The notes under the pieces are model-generated. The model saw nothing but the letters and a program-made list of their open reading frames with translations. It did no database searches and was not told where the DNA came from. This document shows, one piece after another, positions 51,168 through 63,082 of a stretch of DNA of 64,000 nucleotides. Both the position numbers and the translations under genes were made by a program. Source of the stretch: Mobula hypostoma (lineage: Eukaryota); assembly GCF_963921235.1 (NCBI RefSeq), contig NC_086108.1, positions 21,576,001-21,640,000 of the forward strand, read 5' to 3'. Numbering within the stretch: position 1 is the stretch's first letter; each line of letters opens with the position of its first letter.

Positions 51168-52161
51168 ATGGGCTCCTCTAAGCAGCTGCCTAGCACTCTG
51201 AAAATTAAAATAACTGATACCCACAAAGCAGGAGAAGGCTATAAGAAGATAGCAAAGCGTTTTCAGGTAGCCATTTCCTCAGTTTGTAATGTAATTAAGA
51301 AATGGCAGTTAACAGGAACAGTAGAGGTTAAGTTGAGGTCTGGAAGATCAAGAAAACTTTCTGCGAGAACTGCTCGTAGGATTGCTAGAAAGGCAAATCA
51401 AAACCCCCATTTGACTGCAAAAGACCTTCAGGAAGATTTAGCAGACTCTGGAGTGGTGGTGCACTGTTCTACTGTGCAGCGACACCTGCACAAACATGAC
51501 CATCATGGAAGAGTCATCAGAAGAAAATCTTTCCTGCATCTTCACCACAAGATTCAGCGTCAGAAGTTTGCAAATGAACACCTAAACAAGCCTGATGCAT
51601 TTTGGAAACAAGTCCTGTGGACTGATGGAAGTCAAAATAGAACCTTTTGGCCGCAATGAGCAAAGGTATGTTTGGAGAAAAAGGGGTGCAGAACTTCATG
51701 AAAAGAACACCTCTCCAACTGTTAAGCACGGGGTGGATCGATCATGCTTTGGGCTTGTGTTGCAGCCAGTGGCACGGGGAACATTTCACTGGTAGAGGCA
51801 AGAATGAATTCATTTAAATACCAGCAAATTCTGGAAGCAAACATCACACCGTCTGTAAAAGAGCTGAAGATGAAAAGAGGATGGCTTCTACAACAGGATA
51901 ATGATCCTAAACACATCACAAAATCAAGAGGCGCAAGCCATGACCCTCACAGTCCCCCGACCTAAACATCATTGAAAATCTGTGGATAGACCTCAAAAGA
52001 GAATGCATGCAAGACAGCCCAAGAATCTCACAGAACTAGAAGCCTTTTGCAAGGAAGAATGGGCTAAAATCCCCCAAACAAGAATTGAAAGACTCTTAGG
52101 CGGTTACAGAAAGCATTTACAAGCTGTGATACTTGCCAAAGGGGGTGTTACTAAGTACTGA
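51168..52161 (+). pseudogene. Tc1 transposase pseudogene
   Basis: MGSSKQL...GEGYKKIAKRF (HTH), VLWTD, TVKHG, MLWACV, QQDNDPKH, SPDLNIIENLW, GGVTKY*. Several frameshifts. Confidence 0.92.
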
Positions 52162-52211
52162 CCATGCAGAGTGCCCAAACTTTTGCTCCGGGCCCTTTTC
52201 ATTTTTTGTTA

Positions 52212-53759
52212 CAGGTGTCCTCTGCTTTTTGAACATTCGCTTTACAAAACCTCACTGTTAGGAAAGACAGAAGGTGTTTCGCTCACAGAAGGTGTTTTCA
52301 CTGTTACGAAAAAAGGCAGCTCACCGAAAAAGCAGTGCGTGAAAAAAGTAGCGCGCGATAAAAGCAGCATACCGTGCGCCCCGAGCAGCCGCACTCCCCC
52401 GGATTCGGAACTGCATTCTAGCTGGCATTGCTTAAACACGTGCCTGTGAGCAGCCGTTTGCAAGATGAGATCTAAGGTATCAGAAAAGCCTAAAAGAACT
52501 CGTAAGGGTGTTGCACTTAGCATAAAACTAGACATAATTAAGCGTTTTGATCGTGGTGAACGGAGTAAGGACAAAGTGAGTTTGGCTTGTGGAAGTTGAC
52601 GAAGATGATGTTGAAGAGGTTTTGGCATCTCATGACCAAGAACTGATAGATGAAGAGCTGATGCAATTGGAAGAGGAAAGGATAACAATCGAAACTGAAT
52701 GCAGTAGCGAACGGACCAAAAGTGAAGTCGTCCAGGAACTGAACGTGACGCAACTGCATGTGATTTTCGCTGCAATGATAAAGTACAACTTTAATTTTGA
52801 AAGGGTACGTCGGTTTAGGGCATATTTGCAAGATGGTTTGAGTGCTTACAAAGAACTGTATGATAGAAAAATGCACGAGGCTAAGCAGTCAAGCATACCG
52901 TCAATTTTCAAGCCTTCCACATCAGCCACAGCAGACGACCAACCTCGACCTTCGACATCAAGGCAGGCAGACATTGAAGAAGATGACCTGCCTGCCCTGA
53001 TCGACGATGAGATGACACCCCCGTGTCCCACCACCCCAGTGGTCTCAACCCCCGGGCCGCGGACAGATACCGATTCGCGGAGAATGCAGCGATAGTCGGG
53101 AGGCATCCAGCACGTCTTTAAGAAAAAAGTCGAAATAAACAAGCTAATTAATTAGGTGCCGCCCAGCATGTAAATGTCGGCCCAGCTCAGAGGCAATTGC
53201 CAATTGCGTCGACTCTGATCTGGGACGACATTTACGTGCCGGGCGGCACCTAATAATTAGCTTGTGTATTTCGGCTTTTTTCTTAAAGATGTGCTGGGTG
53301 CCTCCCGGGCACCGCTGGACCCCTGCATGGCTTCGCGGATCGGTATCAGTTCGGTGCCTGGAGGGTGGGGGCCACTGCACCACCCCAACCTCCGACGACT
53401 CAGCCTAACACACCATCATCAGTGTGCTCAACACTGTCTTCCCAATTCCCGTAAGTGATATTACACTGTACATACATTATTTCTACTTTATATTGGATAT
53501 GTATTTTTACATGTTATTTGGTATGATTTGGCAGCTTCATAGCTTAAAGGTTACTGGAAAGCGCTTGCGCCGTGCTTGCGTGAGATTTTTGCTATGGAGA
53601 ACAGCACAGGCAATCATTGTAGAGAAGTATTTCTAATTTATATAGGCTGTGTATTTATCATATCATTCCTGCTTTTACTATATGTTACTGTTATTTTAGG
53701 TTTTATGCGTTATTTGGCATGATAGGAACACCCTACCTTCGGATGGCAGGGGAAACCTG
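52212..53759 (+). mobile_element. Internally deleted Tigger/pogo transposon nested in the Tc1 right inverted-repeat region
   Basis: TA-caggtgtcctc...ggggaaacctg-TA. CENP-B-like N-terminus (MRSKVSEKPKRTRKGVALSIKLDIIKRFDRGE) joined to the acidic C-terminus. Same family as 44561-45931. Confidence 0.88.
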
Positions 53760-54465
53760 TATTTTGAAACTGTAAAAGATGGAAATAAAAAAGTAATCTT
53801 GCTTAAAATATTAAAGAAATGTGTCATCTTTAACTTTATGCCTTTTGGAAATCAGGTCATGTTTTACTCACTTAGCTATTCACAGTAACAGAAATTTTGA
53901 CCAGGGGTGCCCGAGCTTTTGCATGCCACTGTACTTACCCTGTGAAATGCTCTTGGATTACTGCAGATAACAAAGGAATCAATCTCAACCTCCCCCTCCC
54001 TGCATTTATAGTGACAAGGTTAGCAGGGCAACCAGCAGTTTGGACTGAATTTGATGTCACGCAAATGAGCCCTTAAGCATTAGGCTTTTCCAGAATATAA
54101 ACTGTTTAGTTGGCCTGCACATACAAATTCAAGTTGGATTTGCATAAAAGCTTCAAAAGGAAAAAGTTCACATCACTGTCACTAATGAAACATAAACATA
54201 TGTATTAACTTTTCTTTCTTGATTCCATGACCAATTTCCTTACTTTCATGAGATTATTTTTTAAATGTTTTACGCTATATTGCCAAATTAAAGAAAATGT
54301 TAACAGAAATACTGACATTTTCAGAACAAAGATACAAAACAAAATTAAAAATCCAGTGGACTCTGGTTAATTGGGCCATCAGTTAATCCGAGCAGTCACT
54401 TATTCAGAAAGCAGCCCACTTGGGACATCATGAAGCAAAAATAAAGACAAGAAAGTGAAACTTAC

Positions 54466-54683
54466 ATCTTGCTTCTTATCACTATGTGTGGATGCTGAAA
54501 TAACTGTTTTTGTCAATGGAGATTTTTCATTCATAATGCAGCTGTTGTTATTTGTCAGTATTCTCACTGGTACTGCACCCATCGTACTGGTTCCTCCATC
54601 CACATTTATAATGGGGTGGGAATTAAGAACAACTTGTGGCTGAAGCTGCACCACTGGAGGCTGAGAAACCACTACAGGGTGAC
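54466..54683 (-). CDS. ATF6: ATF6 internal exon upstream of the bZIP (equivalent to human exon 7)
   Basis: Translates (G)HPVVVSQPPVVQLQPQVVLNSHPIINVDGG...EKSPLTKTVISASTHSDKKQD, resembling human ATF6 GQTVLLSQPTVVQLQ...KLSVTKPVL. Acceptor is ttttctctttag and donor GAT|gtaagt. Length 218 nt, ending in phase 0, which matches the next exon. Confidence 0.85.
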
Positions 54684-55279
54684 CTAAAGAGAAAACAAAG
54701 CAAAGAAACGTCATCCAATCAGTGGGTATATGATGTACCAATTTCATCCTGAAGTTCATTTTGATGGATATTCAATCATAAAATATTTAAACTGAACAGA
54801 ATCAAGGCTAGTACAAAATTAAGATTAAAACAAATCTTCCAAATTAAATAATCGAAAAAACACAGCACAGTCCGCATTTTTGCAAATGAGGTTTTGGACA
54901 GAAGCTGAGGGTTTATTTATCCAAGACGTTAAGCTGCACTCACAATCCAAAAAGAAAAATACCAGTTGCACTGCAAGGCATCTAAGATTAACCACATATC
55001 TGATACATACTTAAGCATGATGAGCTGGGGCTCAAACATATTATTTTGATAGACATGGCTGCATAACTACAAAAATTGCTCGGGGTGTACGTTTACAGAA
55101 AGAATCCAAAAAGTGCAGAATTACTGCTAATAAACCCTCATAAAAAACCTAAATCTTTCCAAGTAAATCATTACAAAAAGCCCTCAGCCTGAACACTAGA
55201 TAGCACAAAACTTTCAACAGGGTGTACATTATTAGTGAAAATCTATGTTTATTCCACATCAAAATGTTTTTATTTAAAA

Positions 55280-55615
55280 ATAAGGACATCTTCAGGGAGC
55301 CGTGTCTCAGAAAGGCATCGTCCATTATTGAGGACCTCCAGCACCCAGGAAATGCCCTTTTCTCACTGTTACCATCAGGTAGGAAGTACAGAAGCCTGAA
55401 GGCACACACTACCTCACTTCTTTTTAATATACAGTATTTCTGTTTTTGCATGTTTTTTAATCTATTCAATACACGTAATTGATTTACTTGTTTATTTATT
55501 ATTATTTTTATTTTACTTTTTTTTCTCTCTGGTAGATTATGTATTGAAATGAACTGCTGCTAAGTTAACAAATGTCACTTCACATGCCGGTGATAATAAA
55601 GCTGATCCTGATTCT
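55280..55615 (+). mobile_element. Rex1/Babar-like LINE 3' end
   Basis: CLRKASSIIEDLQHPGNALFSLLPSGRKYRSL and a tail ataataaagctgatcctgattctg. Confidence 0.75.
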
Positions 55616-57297
55616 GCTAAGTTACTTACTATTCATTACACCACTGGCATTTAGGGCAGCAATGAAGGTCCATCTCTGAAAATTAGGGTACCTAAGCTTT
55701 ATAAGCATTTAAGAGGCTCTTAGACAGGCACGTGGATATGCAAAGAATGCAAGGATATGGACCATGTCCAAGCAGAAAGAATTTGCATAATCAGCCATCA
55801 TTAACTTAATTAATTCAGCACAACAACCTGTGCTACACTGTTCTATCACTTCAATGGTGCATTAGCTCAAAAAATAAGACTTAATGAGTTTGCTATAGAT
55901 CTATTAGCAACAAAATGTACTTTAGTTTCATAATCTTTTATGAGCTAGATTATTTAACTGTGCATTGCATTCTAATTCTCCCCCTATATCTCAGATGAGG
56001 GCACACTCTCTAACAGGGCTGCAGTATTAATTTCCACATGAGATTAAAGGTGTTGGACAGCCAGACTGGTAGCTGACCTGTTCCTCCACTAAACAATCTT
56101 TTCAAGAAATAGTCTTTTCTGAGATGCAGCACTCAGTCCCCAAGTTGAAGGCAACTTTATGATGCCAAGGTTGTAACCTGATACAATTTCCTCCTGCCTG
56201 TTCAAATTCACAGGGTCACCTTTGACAAGTTTGTCCTGTTGGAGGGACAAAGTAAACCTGGCAGGTTCTCTGTCACATACATTTCTGCTAGTTTGAATAA
56301 ATCAGGCTGTTATGCAATTTCTTGTGGAATACTTCTCCCAATTTATATTTGAAATATTCAAAAGGAGTATTCTGCAAGGCTAACTGGCTGGGAGTGACTT
56401 TGGTACAGTAATGTCTGGTAATCTCTTTGGTTTTATTCTCATTCCATTTTAACAAAGTTTCTTTGCTATAATTCAATAGTTTATGAAGAATTAATGGCAG
56501 TAAAGAGTCAATGTTTTGCATTGGGTCTGGAGTCACATATATCTCTTCCCAGTAAGAGATAAGTGAAATAGATAGCTTTTAATCATAAACTTCACAGTAT
56601 CATAAGTACCATGAATAAAATGGCATTTCTCTCATTTATCTCTTAATTATTTGACTCACATTTAAATCAGCGGGAGAAATATTGATCATCACATCACCAG
56701 CTGATATTCTTTAACACAACGCAAATTAAAGATGCAACCTCAGAGCTTGAAAATCTAACTGATTGCTCTGAATCAAATGAGATTTTGTTTTAAATATCTG
56801 TAAGAAGATCATATTTGCCTGCATGACATAGTTTCATTGAATTCTGATCCAATCTCAAATCATAAACCTACAATAAAGGATGGAAACAACAGGAATTCTG
56901 CAGATGCTGGAAATTCAAGCAACACACATCAAAGTTGCTGGTGAACGCAGCAGGCCAGGCAGCATCTCTAGGAAGAGGAACAGTCGACATTTCAGGCCGA
57001 GACCCTTCGTCAGGACTAACGAGTAAGGGATTTGAAAGTTGGAGGGGGAGGGGGAGATCCAAAATGATAGAAGACAGGAGGGGGAGGGATGGAGCCAAGA
57101 GCTGGACAGGTGATAGGCAAAAGGGGATACGAGAGGATCATGGGACAGGAGGTCTGGAAAGAAAGACAAGGGGGCGGGGGACCCAGAGGATGGGCAAGGG
57201 GTATATTCAGAGGGACAGAGGGAGAAAAAGGAGAGTGAGAGAAAGAATGTGTGCATAAAAATGAGTAACAGATGGGGTACGAGGGGGAGGTGGGGCC

Positions 57298-60200
57298 TTA
57301 GCGGAAGTTAGAGAAGTTGATGTTCATGCCATCAGGTTGGAGGCTACCCAGACGGAATATAAGGTGTTGTTCCTCCAACTTGAGTGTGGCTTCATCTTTA
57401 CAGTAGAGGAGGCCGTGGATAGACATGTCAGAATGGGAATGGGATGTGGAATTAAAATGTGTGGCCACTGGGAGATCCTGCTTTCTCTGGTGGACAGAGC
57501 GTAGATGTTCAGCAAAGCGGTCTCCCAGTCTGCGTCGGGTCTCACCAATATATAAAAGGCCACATCGGGAGCACCGGACGCAGTATATCACCCCAGTCGA
57601 CTCACAGGTGAAGTGATGCCTCACCTGGAAGGACTGTTTGGGGCCCTGAATGGTGGTAAGGGAGGAAGTGTAAGGGCATGTGTAGCACTTGTTCCGCTTA
57701 CACGGATAAGTGCCAGGAGGGAGATCAGTGGGGAGGGATGGGGGGGACGAATGGACAAGGGAGTTGTGTAGGGAGCGATCCCTGCGGAATGCAGAGAGGG
57801 GGGGGAGGGAAAGATGTGCTTAGTGGTGGGATCCCGTTGGAGGTGGCGGAAGTTACGGAGAATAATATGTTGGACCCGGAGGCTGGTGGGGTGGTAGGTG
57901 AGGACCAGGGGAACCCTATTCCTAGTGGGGTGGTGGGAGGATGGAGTGAGAGCAGATGTACGTGAAATGGGGGAGATGCGTTTAAGAGCAGAGTTGATAG
58001 TGGAGGAAGGGAAGCCCCTTTCTTTAAAAAAGAAAGACATCTCCCTCGTTCTAGAATGAAAAGCCTCATCCTGAGAGCAGATGCGGCGGAGACGGAGGAA
58101 TTGCGAGAAGGGGATGGCGTTTTTGCAAGAGACAGGGTCAGAAGAGGAATAGTCCAGATAGCTGTGAGAGTCAGTAGGCTTATAGTAGACATCAGTGGAT
58201 AAGCTGTCTCCAGAGACAGAGACAGAAAGATCTAGAAAGGGGAGGGAGGTGTCGGAAATGGACCAGGTAAACTTGAGGGCAGGGTGAAAGTTGGAGGCAA
58301 AGTTAATAAAGTCAACGAGTTCTGCATGCGTGCAGGAAGCAGCGCCAATGCAGTCATCGATGTCGCGAAGGAAAAGTGGGGGACAGATACCAGAATAGGC
58401 ACGGAACATAGATTGTTCCACAAACCCAACAAAAAGGCAGGTATAGCTAGGACCAATACGGGTGCCCATAGCTACACCTTTAGTTTGGAGGAAATGGGAC
58501 GAGCCAAAGGAGAAATTATTAAGAGTAAGGACTAATTCCGCTAGACGGAGCAGAGTGGTGGTAGAGGGGAACTGATTAGGTCTGGAATCCAAAAAGAAGC
58601 GTAGAGCTTTGAGACCTTCCTGATGGGGGATGGAAGTATATAAGGACTGGACATCCATGGTGAAAATAAAGCGGTGGGGGCCAGGGAACTTAAAATCATT
58701 GAAAAGTTTAAGAGCGTGAGAAGTGTCACGAACATAGGTCGGAAGGGATTGAACAAGGGGTGATAAAACAGTGTCGAGGTATGCAGAAATGAGTTCGGTG
58801 GGGCAGGAGCAAGCTGAGACAATAGGTAGGCCAGGACAGGCAGGTTTGTGGATCTTGGGTAGGAGGTAGAAACGGGAAGTGCGGGGTGTGGGAACTATAA
58901 GGTTGGTAGCAGTGGATGGGAGATCCCCTGAGCGGATAAAGTCGGTGATGGTGTGGGAGACAATGGCCTGGTGCTCCTTAGTGGAGTCACGATCGAGGGG
59001 TAAATAAGAGGAGGTATCCGCGAGTTGTCGCTGTGCCTCGGCAAGGTAGAGGTCAGTACGCCAGACTACAACAGCACCCCCTTTATCAGCGGGTTTAATA
59101 ATAAGGTTAGGATTAGTGCGGAGGGAGTGGAGAGCAGAGCGTTCCGAAGGAGTGAGGTTGGAATGGGGACAAGGTGCGGTGAAGTCGAGACGGTTGATGT
59201 CCCGTCGGCAGTTATCAATAAAGAGATCCAGAGCAGGCAGAAGACCAGAGCGGGGTGTCCATGAAGAAGAGGAGGGTTGAAGACGGGAGAAGGGGTCATC
59301 GGTGGGGGTGGAAGAGTCCTTGCCGAAGAAGTAGGCTTGGAGACGGAGACGGCGGAAGAAAAGTTCCGCATCGTGGCGAACACGGAACTCGCTGAGGTGT
59401 CGGCGAAGGGGGACAAACGTGAGGCCCTTACTGAGAACAGAGCGTTCTGCCTCCGACAGTTGAAGGTCGGAGGGGATGGTAAAGACCCGGCACGGATGAG
59501 AGCTGGGATCAGAGGGGGGAGGGGGGAGGCTGGTAGTGTCAGTGGAGAGGGGAGGGTTGGGGTGAGAGGAAGATGGAGCCTCTGAGGGACCAGGAGTTGA
59601 CGGTGGGATCTGAGGAAGACGGGGCTGCGGAGTGGTGGTGGGGGAAGGGGAGACGGGAGTCACAATAGCAGCACATAAAGACCCGGCCTGGAGTTCAAGG
59701 CTGGCGTCGCAGTTGGTGGTTGCGCAATCGCTGTGAAGGTGTCCATGGTAGTTGCTGGAGTCCGGGTTTTGAATATGCCCTGAGGTGTTGGAGCCGCCGA
59801 GATCAATGGCAGGAGCCGCAATCTGAGTTCATGCCTGCTAGCGTCAGGGCCGGCAGGCTCTGGAGTCCGTAGATGTAGGATCTTGCGATCTTTGCCTAAC
59901 ATGACAAAGTCAAAAAAACGGCGATTGCAGGCGTGAATCCGACGGAGGATGAAATAACAGGTAGGACCATTACAGACGGCGAAGAAAGTGTCCCGAAGGT
60001 GTGGAAGGGTCTGGGATAGGGACACCAAGTACCTCCTCATGGTGGAGAGCGTCGCCTTCAGAGCTTGACGGGAGAAGCGGCGAGAGGCAGAGTCAATAAA
60101 ATGTGAGTACCTGGGATCCTCAGAAGGTCCAAATTGAGAGGCTTGGAAACGAATCCTAAAGCCAACTGGAGTAAGTTGGCGACGGAGGCACGTTCCAAGA

Positions 60201-60346
60201 AAGGATATATGGCTGTGATAGCGAGTCTGAGTCAAAGTGTGGTCGAAAAGTTGAAGAGCCGAAGAAATTACAGATGGGGAGCAGTGAGAGATGGTTTCAC
60301 TGAACTCCCGTCGAAGAGAGGATCTAAACTTCTTTGGTGTAGGCAT
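57298..60346 (-). pseudogene. Penelope RT + GIY-YIG endonuclease ORF (about 1000 aa), broken by two frameshifts
   Basis: Starts MPTPKKFR (ATG at 60346). N-domain HISFLGTCLRRQLTPVGF; PLE RT motifs LSKGLTFVP, IKPADKGG, FYLLPKIHK, MDVQSLYTSIP, GVAMGT, RDIDD (YIDD in the 29 kb copy); GIY-YIG VIYC..C..CGLLYIGET. Frameshifts at about 59820 and about 57800 (poly-G run). Confidence 0.92.
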
Positions 60347-60480
60347 CACCGGAAGAGGCTTCGCAGTAGTGAATTTAAACGCAAACAACAGGAATTCTGC
60401 AGATGCTGGAAATTCAAGCAACATACATCAAAGTTGCTGGTGAACGCAGCAGGCCAAGCAGCATCTATAGGAAGAGGTGC

Positions 60481-60516
60481 AGTCGACGTTTCAGGCCGAG
60501 ACCCTTCGTCAGGACT
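60481..60516 (-). ncRNA. Minimal type-I hammerhead ribozyme motif in the 5' pseudo-LTR
   Basis: AGTC CTGACGA AGG gtctcgg CCT GAAAC GTC GACT. The predicted cut after GUC lies about 140 nt upstream of the ORF ATG. Confidence 0.8.
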
Positions 60517-61234
60517 AACTGAAGGAAGAGTGAGTAAGGGATTTGAAAGTTGGAGGGGGAGGGGGAGATCCAAAATGATAGGAGAAGACAGGAGGGGGAG
60601 GGATAGAGCCGAGAGCTGGACAGGTGATAGGCAAAAGGGGATACGAGAGGATCAGGGGACAGGAGGTCCGGGAAGAAAGACGGGGGGGGGGTGACCCAGA
60701 GGATGGGCAACAGGTATATTCAGAGGGACAGAGGGAGAAAAGGGAGAGTGAGAGAAAGAATGTGTGCATAAAAATGAGTAACAGATGGGGTATGAGGGGG
60801 AGGTGGGGCCTTAGCGGAAGTTAGAGAAGTTGATGTTCATGCCATCAGGTTGGAGGCTACCCAGACGGAATATAAGGTGTTGTTCCTCCAACCTGAGTGT
60901 GGCTTCATCTTTACAGTAGAGGAGGCTGTGGATAGACATGTCAGAATGGGAATGGGATGTGGAATTAAAATGTGTGGCCACTGGGAGATCCTGCTTTCTC
61001 TGGCGGACAGAGCGTAGATGCTCAGCAAAGCGGTCTCCCAGTCTGCGTCGGGTCTCACCAATATATAAAAGGCCACATCAGGAGCACCGGACGCAGTATA
61101 TCACCCCAGTCGACTCACAGGTGAAGTGATGCCTCACCTGGAAGGTGAAGGATGGAATGTTGATGACAAATAAAACACTTTGACAAATTTGCCAATATAT
61201 CATTCCTGTAAACAGGAAGACATTTATTTAAAAA

Positions 61235-61490
61235 TAAGGCCCTTTGAGCTGCACTGCCAGCAACCCCCAATTTAACCCTAGCCTCATCAAAGGACAATTT
61301 ACAATGACCAATTAACCTTCTAACTGGTAAGTCTTCGACCATGGAAGGAAACGGGAGCACCTGGAAGAAAACCCCGCATTTCAAGGGAAGGACATACAAA
61401 CTCCTTAGAGGATGCTGGATTGTACTCCGAGCTCTGAATTCTGACATCCTGAGCTTCATAGTGCCATGCTGACACTACTGAGGCACCCCG
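61235..61490 (-). mobile_element. V-SINE-like tRNA-derived SINE, decayed
   Basis: Minus-strand body ggttttcttccaggtgctcccgtttccttcca...aggttaattggtcattgtaaattgtcc. Confidence 0.65.
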
Positions 61491-63082
61491 TTTTTGGTGC
61501 AGGCTAAAACAAAAAAAACTCTGCAATTGTCTGGGCTTCAAAACAATCAGGTTATCTGCCCTGAAGCATTCTTTAGTATTTCAAAGTGGAATGGTTTGAT
61601 GCACACATTTATTTGGCTTAAATTTGAAATTGAGGTCTGCAATTCACCCTTCTTGCATTCAACTATTTTACTATAGATATTTCCAAGATACTCATTACAG
61701 TTACTTGGTCAATGCTCCAGTAAAATCCCATTCCAGGGACTCAGTCTTTAACTACTCAAGACATACAGCTTCTTGGAACTTAAATTTAACTTTCCCACTA
61801 TTATCAACATTTGTTATTTAAAAATAATGAAAGTTTATCTCTGCAGAGAAGCTGCATGGGCAACAGTATTTCCTGTTCTTATTTTTTTCTTATGTTTCCA
61901 TTATTATATATGTATTTAAACATCCCTGAACAACATCATTACTAATTGAGATAAACTGACAACCAAAGCACTATTTCAAGTATCTTAGTATCTGTGCTAC
62001 AATTAATTTATTCATTTTTCTGGTATTATTTATTTATTTTCTTAATACCCAGTAGTTGTGCCTGTATTCATATTCTTCAGAATGAATCCATACTTTCACT
62101 TCCTCTAGTTTTTATTTTCTTGAACTACAGGTTCTTGGTGCAAATTTGGACTTGAATGTCTGCTCCCTTTCCCATAGTTACCTCCCTCACTGACTTCTCA
62201 TTACAGTTTCCCATATACTAAAGGATAAGAGAAATGAAACATTTTGTGATATGGTGTTATAGCGTTCTTATAATCCCATCTAATTTGATCAATGTTTGCA
62301 AATGCATTCCAGATTAAGTTCAGTCTCAGTTCTTGAAATTTTTGGACCTGAGTATTCTTTGTCAATGGGTGGATCCTCAGCAGTTAAGAACGAACTTGAA
62401 AGATAATGATGCATCTACCAAAATTTTAAGGCCTCTGGAAAGCCAGTCTTCACATTTTCTGTATGCAATATTTTATAACTTGAAATTACCTCGAACATGC
62501 AGAGGTTGTTCAAATCAATTTCCTAGAGGAACCCAGGGGAACCCCATGAGATGTTCATTCATTCCCACTTCTCAACGTTTGGACATTACTGATATACTCA
62601 ATGTAAAATGTAAATCTTTGTTGGCTTGATTAATTTACACTTCAACACCAAGGGGCTTTTAGAGACAATGGCTATTTATACTGCTGGTTCTGCAAACCAG
62701 AGGACATAAATTCCAAGTCACCATGCCACTTGATCATTTGAATTCTGTTCATATGCAAATGCCTGGATTAGCAAAAGAAAACACGCTTTAATTTCCAAAC
62801 TCTTAGCAATTGAATGGGCAGTAATTTTCTCCTTAAAGACTGTGCTATATTAAATCTGGAGAAGCAAACAGGTATTCTAATCTGCAAGGAGAGAGACAAA
62901 CTACCAGATCAAAGGGGATTTTTGGTTCGGTCTACCCTGGAAGAAGCAGGTCCATTATTTTAAAGAAAAGGCAGAGTAGAAAGCATACGTTGATTTGTTC
63001 AGATTCTATTCTGCTACTTCTCTGCATTCCTTCAACTGCCACAATATCAATTTTACTATCTTGCAGTCTGCAAAACAAATTC

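Larger units (their letters stand above)
50819..53931 (+). mobile_element. Tc1-family transposon, full length, IR/DR type, transposase disrupted
   Basis: TIRs cagtggcatgcaaaagtttgggcacccctggtcaaaa / ttttgaccaggggtgcccgagcttttgcatgccactg with TA TSDs. Inner repeats of the terminal motif at about 50988 and 52168. Confidence 0.95.
56886..61147 (-). mobile_element. Near-full-length Penelope-like element with direct pseudo-LTRs
   Basis: Direct repeats at about 60383-61145 and 56886-57632. TSD aaggatggaa at 56876-56885 and 61148-61157. Hammerheads at 60481-60516 and 56982-57017. Confidence 0.95.

Noticed and set aside
52589..53095. 168-aa acidic ORF as a possible domesticated TIGD gene
   Set aside because: It lies within TIRs of an internally deleted Tigger lacking the DDE core, and the sister copy is frameshifted.
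53960..54120. CRE/ATF-like TGATGTCA motif near an ATF6 exon (autoregulatory enhancer?)
   Set aside because: A short motif expected by chance; conservation cannot be assessed from this window.
60134..60824. Recurrent ORFs such as LVNAAGQAASIGRGAVDVSGRDPSSGLTE and SPDEGSRPETST
   Set aside because: These are translations of the non-coding Penelope UTR/hammerhead repeat, recurring only because the repeat recurs.
61470..61520. Minus-strand ttttttttgttttag|CCTGCACCAAAAACGG (PAPKT) resembling the end of the preceding ATF6 exon (QPAPTK)
   Set aside because: The match is very short, lies after an acceptor-like site rather than before a donor, and runs straight into a SINE head. Probably chance.
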